From Candidatus Pacearchaeota archaeon (lineage in GTDB: Archaea > Nanobdellota > Nanobdellia > Pacearchaeales > UBA284), in contig JAVZYK010000001.1 of the NCBI GenBank assembly GCA_038886195.1, forward strand, positions 80,339 to 144,338: a stretch of DNA of 64,000 bases, read 5' to 3'. Below the pieces are notes generated by a model. The model made no database searches. It saw only the letters and a list, made by a program, of their open reading frames with translations, and had not been told where the DNA came from. The position numbers and the translations under genes are program-made. Below, piece after piece: positions 57,724-64,000 of this stretch (position 1 is its first letter; every line of letters starts with the position of its first letter).

Positions 57724-59913
57724 ATGGCAAAAGAATCCAGAATAGAGAAATTTAAAAAATTGATGTATAAACAGAGCAATATTAGAAATATTTGTACAAG
57801 TGCGCATATCCATCATGGCAAAACTGCTATGACTGACAATTTACTTGCAGCAGCAGGAATGATGGCCGCAAAATATGCTGGCGATTTAGATAAAGGAATG
57901 CTTACTTGGCAACACGAAGATGAACAAACAAGACTATTGACAGTAGATGCAGCAAACGTCTCTATGGTTCATGAATATGAAGGTGAAGAGTATCTTATTA
58001 ACTTAATAGACACTCCAGGACACGTAGATTTTTCAGGAAATGTGACAAGGGCAATGAGAGCTGTCGACGGTACAATAGTTCTTGTTTGTGCAAGCGAAGG
58101 AATAATGCCTCAAACAGAAACTGTAATAAGACAAGCACTAAGGGAAAGAGTAAAACCAACCTTGTTTATTAATAAGTTTGATAGACTAATTACAGAACTG
58201 AAACTTAGTCCTGAAAAGATGCAAGAAAGAATTATAAAAATAATTAGAGATTTCAATAAATTAATTGAGAAATATGCTGAGCCAGAATATAAAGAAAAGT
58301 GGAAGGTAAATATAAACGATGGAAGTGTTGCTTTCGGTTCTGCAGTTGATAATTGGGCGTTATCGGTTCCATTTATGAAGAAAAGAAACGTTACTTTTAA
58401 GGACATAGTTAAAATCTATGATATGAATGAAGCTGAAAGGAAGGAATGGGTTTGGCAAAATGCTCCGTTATATGAGGTTGTGCTTGACATGGTTATAAAG
58501 CATCATCCATCACCTTTAGAAGCTCAGAAATATAGAATTCCAAAAATATGGCATGGCGATCTTGATAGCGAGATGGGTAAAGATCTATTGTCTTGTAATC
58601 CTAACGGAAAAGTGGCATTTATTATAACGAGAGTTATTGTTGATCCTAGAACAGGAAAAGAAATATCTGTAGGAAGGCTTTTTTCAGGAACACTTAGAGA
58701 AGGTATGGAAGTTTATCTAAACACAGCAAAAATAAGACAAAAAATTCAACAGGTAATGATTTATGATGGTATTAAAACAGAGCCTGTAGAAGAAATACCT
58801 GCAGGAAATGTTTTAGCAATAGCGGGAATATCTGGCAATGCTAGCGAAACTATAACAACCGAACCCGAAACTACATTTGAAGAAATAACTCATATTTTTG
58901 AGCCAGTCGTTACTCAAGCAATAGAAGCTAAAAAACCCACTGATTTACCGAAACTAATAACTGTATTAAAACAAGTTGCAAAAGAAGACCCAAGTATTAA
59001 AGTACAAATTAATGAAGAGACAGGACAACATTTATTAAGTGGTATGGGCGAATTGCATTTAGAAATTATTGCTAATAGAATAAGAACAGAAAAAGGTGTT
59101 GAAATCAAAACAAGTGAACCAATTGTTGTCTATAGAGAAACTGTTACTAAAGCTTCGAAAGAATTTGAGGGACGATCTCCTAATAAACACAATATATTTT
59201 ATTTAAAAGTAGAGCCTTTAGAAGATGCTGTTTATCAAGCAATTAAATCAGGAGAAATTCCAGAAACAAAGATAAAGAAAAAAGATGAGGCACTTTGGAA
59301 AAAACTAGTTTCTTTAGGAGTTAGTAATGAGGAAGCAAGACAATATCGAGAAATTTATAGAGACTCAGTTCTTCTTGACAAAACGAGAGGTATTGTAGCT
59401 ATAGGGGAAGTGATAGAATTAGTTATGGCCGCATTCGAACAAATATGTGAGCAAGGAATACTTGCAAGAGAACCTTGTATGAAATTAAAAGTTTCGTTAA
59501 TTGATTGTAAGTTACACGAAGATGCAATTCATAGAGGTCCTGCACAAGTCATTCCTGCAGTAAGGGATGCTATAAAAGCAGCCATTCTTGATGCGAAACC
59601 TGTTTTATTTGAACCCGTACAATTGCTTAAGTTTGAAGGTCCTATGAAGTTTATGTCGGAAATGACTTCTCTTATACAAAGTAAAAGAGGGCAGATACTT
59701 AATGTAGAGCAAGAAGATGAACATATTAGTATCGAAGCTAAAATGCCCGTTAACGAAATATTTGGTTTAAGTAATGAATTGCGTTCCGCTACTGAAGGCA
59801 GAGCTACTTTTTTCCTTGTAGATCAACTTTTCGAACAAGTTCCTAGAGAGCTTCAAGACAAAATTATAAGGCAAATAAGACAAAGAAAAGGCCTAACTGA
59901 AACTCAAATTTAA
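57724..59913 (+). CDS. fusA: Elongation factor 2
   Basis: AHIHHGKT, DTPGHVDF, NKFD, GMGELHLE, LHEDAIHRG (diphthamide His). Confidence 0.97.
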   Translation: MAKESRIEKFKKLMYKQSNIRNICTSAHIHHGKTAMTDNLLAAAGMMAAKYAGDLDKGMLTWQHEDEQTRLLTVDAANVSMVHEYEGEEYLINLIDTPGHVDFSGNVTRAMRAVDGTIVLVCASEGIMPQTETVIRQALRERVKPTLFINKFDRLITELKLSPEKMQERIIKIIRDFNKLIEKYAEPEYKEKWKVNINDGSVAFGSAVDNWALSVPFMKKRNVTFKDIVKIYDMNEAERKEWVWQNAPLYEVVLDMVIKHHPSPLEAQKYRIPKIWHGDLDSEMGKDLLSCNPNGKVAFIITRVIVDPRTGKEISVGRLFSGTLREGMEVYLNTAKIRQKIQQVMIYDGIKTEPVEEIPAGNVLAIAGISGNASETITTEPETTFEEITHIFEPVVTQAIEAKKPTDLPKLITVLKQVAKEDPSIKVQINEETGQHLLSGMGELHLEIIANRIRTEKGVEIKTSEPIVVYRETVTKASKEFEGRSPNKHNIFYLKVEPLEDAVYQAIKSGEIPETKIKKKDEALWKKLVSLGVSNEEARQYREIYRDSVLLDKTRGIVAIGEVIELVMAAFEQICEQGILAREPCMKLKVSLIDCKLHEDAIHRGPAQVIPAVRDAIKAAILDAKPVLFEPVQLLKFEGPMKFMSEMTSLIQSKRGQILNVEQEDEHISIEAKMPVNEIFGLSNELRSATEGRATFFLVDQLFEQVPRELQDKIIRQIRQRKGLTETQI

Positions 59914-59914
59914 A

Positions 59915-60406
59915 ATGATACAAAGAACTTTGGTTTTGTTAAAACCAGATGCGGTACAAAGAGGCCTAACTGGCAGGATTCTCGAAAGATTTGAAAATGC
60001 TGGTTTAAAAATTGTGGCAATGAAAATGGTTTGGGCTGATGAGAAACTTGCGGACGAGCATTATAAAGACTTAGGAGAAAGACGAGGTCCGGAAGTTAAG
60101 AGAAGAATGGTTGAATTTTTGACAAAAACAGGACCAGTAATAGCTTTAGTTTTAGAAGGAGTCGAAGCAGTAGAAGTGGTGAGAAAACTTGTTGGCGGCA
60201 CAGAGCCCAAAACAGCTCTGCCAGGAACGATTCGTGGCGATTTCGCACATCTTAGTTTAGTTTACGGCGATAAAAAAAACAAAGGTGTGCCTAATTTAAT
60301 CCATGCTTCTGGTTCTGTTGAAGAGGCAAAAAAAGAAATTTCGTTATGGTTCAAGCCTAATGAAATTCATAGTTATAAGCTTAGTTATGAAGATCATGTT
60401 TTATAA
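59915..60406 (+). CDS. ndk: Nucleoside diphosphate kinase
   Basis: RTLVLLKPDAVQR, PGTIRGDF, NLIHASG. Confidence 0.95.
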   Translation: MIQRTLVLLKPDAVQRGLTGRILERFENAGLKIVAMKMVWADEKLADEHYKDLGERRGPEVKRRMVEFLTKTGPVIALVLEGVEAVEVVRKLVGGTEPKTALPGTIRGDFAHLSLVYGDKKNKGVPNLIHASGSVEEAKKEISLWFKPNEIHSYKLSYEDHVL

Positions 60407-60452
60407 TTAAAATTTTTTAAAAGAGGTAAAAAATAGAAAAGAGTTAATAAAA

Positions 60453-61067
60453 ATGGTTAAAGAAAAAGAAGAAAAGTTAAAATTAACCTTTAAGCCAATT
60501 GTTTTAGGAATTTCTGGAACAATTGCTAGTGGTAAAGATTTTGCTGCAAACTATATTGTTAAAGCCTATGGTTTTAAGAAAATAACTCTTAGCGATTATC
60601 TTAGAGCAGAAGCATTGAAACGAGGAAAAAAACCAAGTCGTGATTATTTAAGAAAATTACAAGCAGAACTCAGAAGAGAATATGGGGACGATTACCTTAT
60701 TTCTAAAGTTATTGAAACAATTTTGAAAAAAGATCATATGAGAATGAAGAATGTTGTTATAGTTGGTTTAAGAACTCCTCTAGAGACAAAGCTTGCTAAA
60801 GAAAAATTGAAAGCAAAATTAATTTTTGTAGATGCAAAACCTTTTATTCGTTATATGAGACAGAAAAAAAGACACAGAGCTTCTGGATTTTCTAAAACTT
60901 ACGAACAATTTTTGCATGAAGAAGCTTTAGAAAATGCGGCTTTTGATTTTCATAAAGTTAAAAAAATGACTAATTTTAAGATTGATAACAGCGGAACAAT
61001 TGATGAAATGAAAAAACAAATTGACATTATTATGAAAAAATTGAAATTAAAAAAATTAAAGAAATAA
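60453..61067 (+). CDS. P-loop nucleotide kinase (dephospho-CoA kinase-like)
   Basis: GISGTIASGKD, LSD.LR, GLR...E, IDNSGT. Confidence 0.75.
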   Translation: MVKEKEEKLKLTFKPIVLGISGTIASGKDFAANYIVKAYGFKKITLSDYLRAEALKRGKKPSRDYLRKLQAELRREYGDDYLISKVIETILKKDHMRMKNVVIVGLRTPLETKLAKEKLKAKLIFVDAKPFIRYMRQKKRHRASGFSKTYEQFLHEEALENAAFDFHKVKKMTNFKIDNSGTIDEMKKQIDIIMKKLKLKKLKK

Positions 61068-61178
61068 AATTATAAATGATCTCATTTTATAGAAAAATTT
61101 TTAAACCCTAACCTCTCAAAAACTTATAGTTAAGGGGATTTTTAAAATTAATTAAAAATAAAAAGATTTTATTGAAAA

Positions 61179-62807
61179 ATGACTGAAAAACAACCCATAT
61201 ATATCTTGCCAGAAAATGTTCAAAGAATACTGGGTAGAGATGCTCAAAGAAACAATATTCTAGCTGCAAGAATCGTAGCAGAAACAGTTAAAACAACTTT
61301 AGGGCCTAAAGGCATGGACAAAATGCTTGTTGATAGCATTGGCAATATAACTGTTACTAATGATGGTGTCACAATTCTTGAAGAAATGGAAATCGAACAT
61401 CCTGCAGCAAAAATGATGGTAGAAATCGCTAAAACTCAGGAAGCAGAAGTAGGTGATGGAACAACTACTGCTGTAATAATTGCAGGCAAATTGCTAGAAA
61501 ATGCTGAAAAATTGCTCGATGAAAAAATTCATCCAACCGTCATAACAAGAGGTTATAAAATAGCTGCTGAGCGAGCACAACAAATAGCTAAAGAATTATC
61601 TGTTAAAGTTTCTCTTGAAGATGAAAATTTATTGAAACAAATAGTGATGACTGCAATGACTGGCAAAGGCGCGGAGTCAGCAAAAGAAAGATTAAGTGAA
61701 ATAGTAGTTAAAGCAGTAAAACAAGTAGTTGAGCAAAATGATTCTGGTTTATATATAGATAAAAATAATATAAAGTTAGAAAAGAAAAAAGGAGAAGGTA
61801 TAGAAGATACAGAGCTTATTAATGGTATTGTAATTGATAAAGAAAGGGTTTCTCCAGACATGCCTGCTACGGTTAAAAATGCAAAAATAGCCTTATTAGA
61901 TATGGCAATGGAAATAAAAGGTCCTGAAACTGAAGCTAAAATTCAAATTACAGCTCCAGAACAGCTTCAGGCTTTTATTGATCAAGAAGATAGAATTTTA
62001 AGAGAGATGGTTGAAAAAATAAAGAAAGTTGGAGCCAATGTTGTGCTATGCCAAAAGGGAATTGATGATGTTGCTCAATATTATCTTGCTAAAGCAGGAA
62101 TTTATGCAGTAAGAAGGATAAAAAAGAGCGACATGGAATTAATTGCTAAAGCAACTGGTGCAAAAATAATTAGTAATTTAAATGAATTAACTCAGGAAGA
62201 TTTGGGCAAAGCAAAACTTGTAAAAGAAGTTAAAGAAGGTGAAGAGGAAGGCATGACTTATATTACTGGTTGTGATAATCCTAAAGCCATTACAATTTTA
62301 ATTAGAGGCGGTACAGAACATGTAATTGATGAAGTTGAGAGGGCTATAAAAGATGGTATCGGCGATGTTGCTGTTGCTCTTGAAAAAGGCTACGTTGTTG
62401 CGGGCGGAGGCGCATTTGAGATGGAATTGGCAAAAAGGCTTGACGAGTTTTCACAAACCATTAAAGGAAGAGAACAATTGGCTATCAAGGCATTTGCGGA
62501 GTCTCTCGAAATAATTCCAAGAACCTTGGCTGAAAATGCTGGTTTAGATCCTATAGACATTTTAACAGAGCTTAAAGCAAGACATGACAGAAAAGAGTTT
62601 AATGCTGGCTTAGATTTGACGAGCGAGTCTAAAGAACAAGCAATATGTAATACTCTCGACAAAGGCATTATCGAACCTCTTGAAATTAAGAATCAAGCCA
62701 TTAAGAGTGCAACTGAAGTAGCAACAATGATTTTAAGAATTGATGATGTAATAGCCGCTGGAAAAAGTTCAACAAAAATGCCTGAAGCATCTGAGGAAGA
62801 ATATTAA
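61179..62807 (+). CDS. ths: Thermosome (group II chaperonin) subunit
   Basis: [36 protein letters not shown]. Confidence 0.97.
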   Translation: MTEKQPIYILPENVQRILGRDAQRNNILAARIVAETVKTTLGPKGMDKMLVDSIGNITVTNDGVTILEEMEIEHPAAKMMVEIAKTQEAEVGDGTTTAVIIAGKLLENAEKLLDEKIHPTVITRGYKIAAERAQQIAKELSVKVSLEDENLLKQIVMTAMTGKGAESAKERLSEIVVKAVKQVVEQNDSGLYIDKNNIKLEKKKGEGIEDTELINGIVIDKERVSPDMPATVKNAKIALLDMAMEIKGPETEAKIQITAPEQLQAFIDQEDRILREMVEKIKKVGANVVLCQKGIDDVAQYYLAKAGIYAVRRIKKSDMELIAKATGAKIISNLNELTQEDLGKAKLVKEVKEGEEEGMTYITGCDNPKAITILIRGGTEHVIDEVERAIKDGIGDVAVALEKGYVVAGGGAFEMELAKRLDEFSQTIKGREQLAIKAFAESLEIIPRTLAENAGLDPIDILTELKARHDRKEFNAGLDLTSESKEQAICNTLDKGIIEPLEIKNQAIKSATEVATMILRIDDVIAAGKSSTKMPEASEEEY

Positions 62808-62903
62808 TCTTTTTTTATTCTTAATGTTTTTTTGTTGAATTAAAAAAAATTATAAACCATCTTTTCCTCTAAGAAAGTAATAAAATAGAAAAAAAGAGGT
62901 AAG

Positions 62904-64000
62904 ATGAAACGAGCAATTTTGTTTATTTTTCTCGCCACTTTAGCTTTATTTTTCCTAAGCTTTAATGATGTCAAGGCAGACTGTATCGGCACGACAAAAA
63001 ATTTCAGTTGTGCTGACAGAACAGTTAATATAACTGAATCTTGCTATTTGAATGAAAGTATCAAGATTAGTGGCCATTCTTGTTTCGAGATTCACGGAAA
63101 CATGTTTAATGATATTAATGTTGATTGTAATGGCTATAAAATCCAAGGCGATGATGCTCAAGACACTTACGCTTTTGGTATTTTCGGGCAGAGAGTTGGG
63201 GTAAAAAATTGTATTGTTGAGGATTTTGACAAGGGGATTTATAGTGAAGGAGTTCAAAGCATAGGGATATTTAACAATACAGCCAGAAGCAATAAAAACG
63301 GATTTTACTTTAAGAATGCTAACCGTAACAACGTGGCTGGCAATATAGCTTACAACAATGAATTGGGCTTTTATGCGCAAGACTCAAACAATCTTGATTT
63401 TTATCACAATATTGTATATAATAATTTTGTAGGATTTTATTTAGAATCGAGCAACAACAATAAAATCTTTAATTTAACTGCATATAATAACAGTCAAAGA
63501 GGAATAAGATTCGAAAGAGCATCTAATAACACAATAAATCAGAGTATAGTAAATAATAATTTTGGCGATGGTATATTTTTCTGGAGTAGCGATTATAATG
63601 TTATTAGCAACACAGTCGCTAACTTAAATACTGGGCAAGGAATTTATTTATCTGGTTCTTCGCACAATATTATAAGTAACCTTACCATTTTACGCAATGA
63701 AGATAATGGGATTTATATTAATGAAAGTCAATCGGAAAACAACACAATAAGAAACAGCTATTTTGAAGATAATGATAGAGAATGTATTTTTATTGACGCA
63801 GGACATAATAATAGAATAGAAGGAAACGATCTTAATAATTGTACTAATGGGTTAAGCTTGTCAAATTCAGAAAATAACACAATTCTTTATAATGTAGCCC
63901 GCGCTTCTTCTAGAAACGGTTTTTTCGTTAGCTCCAATTCTAACAATAATTACCTTGCGCACAACATTGCTTATGATAATGATTTTGGTTTGTCGGTTAA
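62904..64000 (+). CDS. Secreted parallel beta-helix (NosD/PbH1-like) protein, runs off the window end
   Basis: MKRAILFIFLATLALFFLSFNDVKA signal; DCNGYKIQG, repeated GIYL...NN.I; open to the end. Confidence 0.85.
   Translation, partial: MKRAILFIFLATLALFFLSFNDVKADCIGTTKNFSCADRTVNITESCYLNESIKISGHSCFEIHGNMFNDINVDCNGYKIQGDDAQDTYAFGIFGQRVGVKNCIVEDFDKGIYSEGVQSIGIFNNTARSNKNGFYFKNANRNNVAGNIAYNNELGFYAQDSNNLDFYHNIVYNNFVGFYLESSNNNKIFNLTAYNNSQRGIRFERASNNTINQSIVNNNFGDGIFFWSSDYNVISNTVANLNTGQGIYLSGSSHNIISNLTILRNEDNGIYINESQSENNTIRNSYFEDNDRECIFIDAGHNNRIEGNDLNNCTNGLSLSNSENNTILYNVARASSRNGFFVSSNSNNNYLAHNIAYDNDFGLSV

Noticed and set aside
62955..63380. 141-aa minus-strand ORF
   Set aside because: Antisense to the open plus-strand beta-helix gene starting at 62904.

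Overview
AT-rich archaeal chromosomal window. The inferred lineage is DPANN, most likely Pacearchaeota/Woesearchaeota-like, based on the split RNAP B''/B'/A', eL41, eL24, eS28, L7Ae, Dph5, Kae1, thermosome, oapABC and an EF-2 with an AHIHHGKT P-loop. Most of the window is housekeeping: the RNAP operon, tRNA-Cys, tRNA-Arg, ArgRS, IleRS, a tRNA methylthiotransferase, ribosomal proteins, EF-2 and Ndk. Four accessory blocks stand out. (i) A stand-alone, apparently intact GGEEF diguanylate cyclase with an RxxD I-site, and a beta-barrel-like secreted ORF nearby. (ii) A HEPN-MNT pair with twin palindromic operators, flanked by a duplicated promoter segment. (iii) A ~15 kb cluster of large Cys-rich surface proteins and a pilin-like protein, one of which carries an internal Gly-rich hydrophobic segment. 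(iv) A decayed island at 51-54.4 kb with gene fragments, an A9 frameshift and two hairpin-rich elements flanking a lipoprotein-like phosphoesterase. A type IV pilus ATPase/TadC locus lies next to glycosyltransferase genes. Several small genes missed by the ORF track were read manually (eL41, eL24, a Cc1-like protein, a 58-aa pilus-locus ORF), as was a double K-turn in the L7Ae leader. No CRISPR array, rRNA, integrase, transposase or reverse transcriptase was seen. All family calls come from motif recognition by eye, without database searches.
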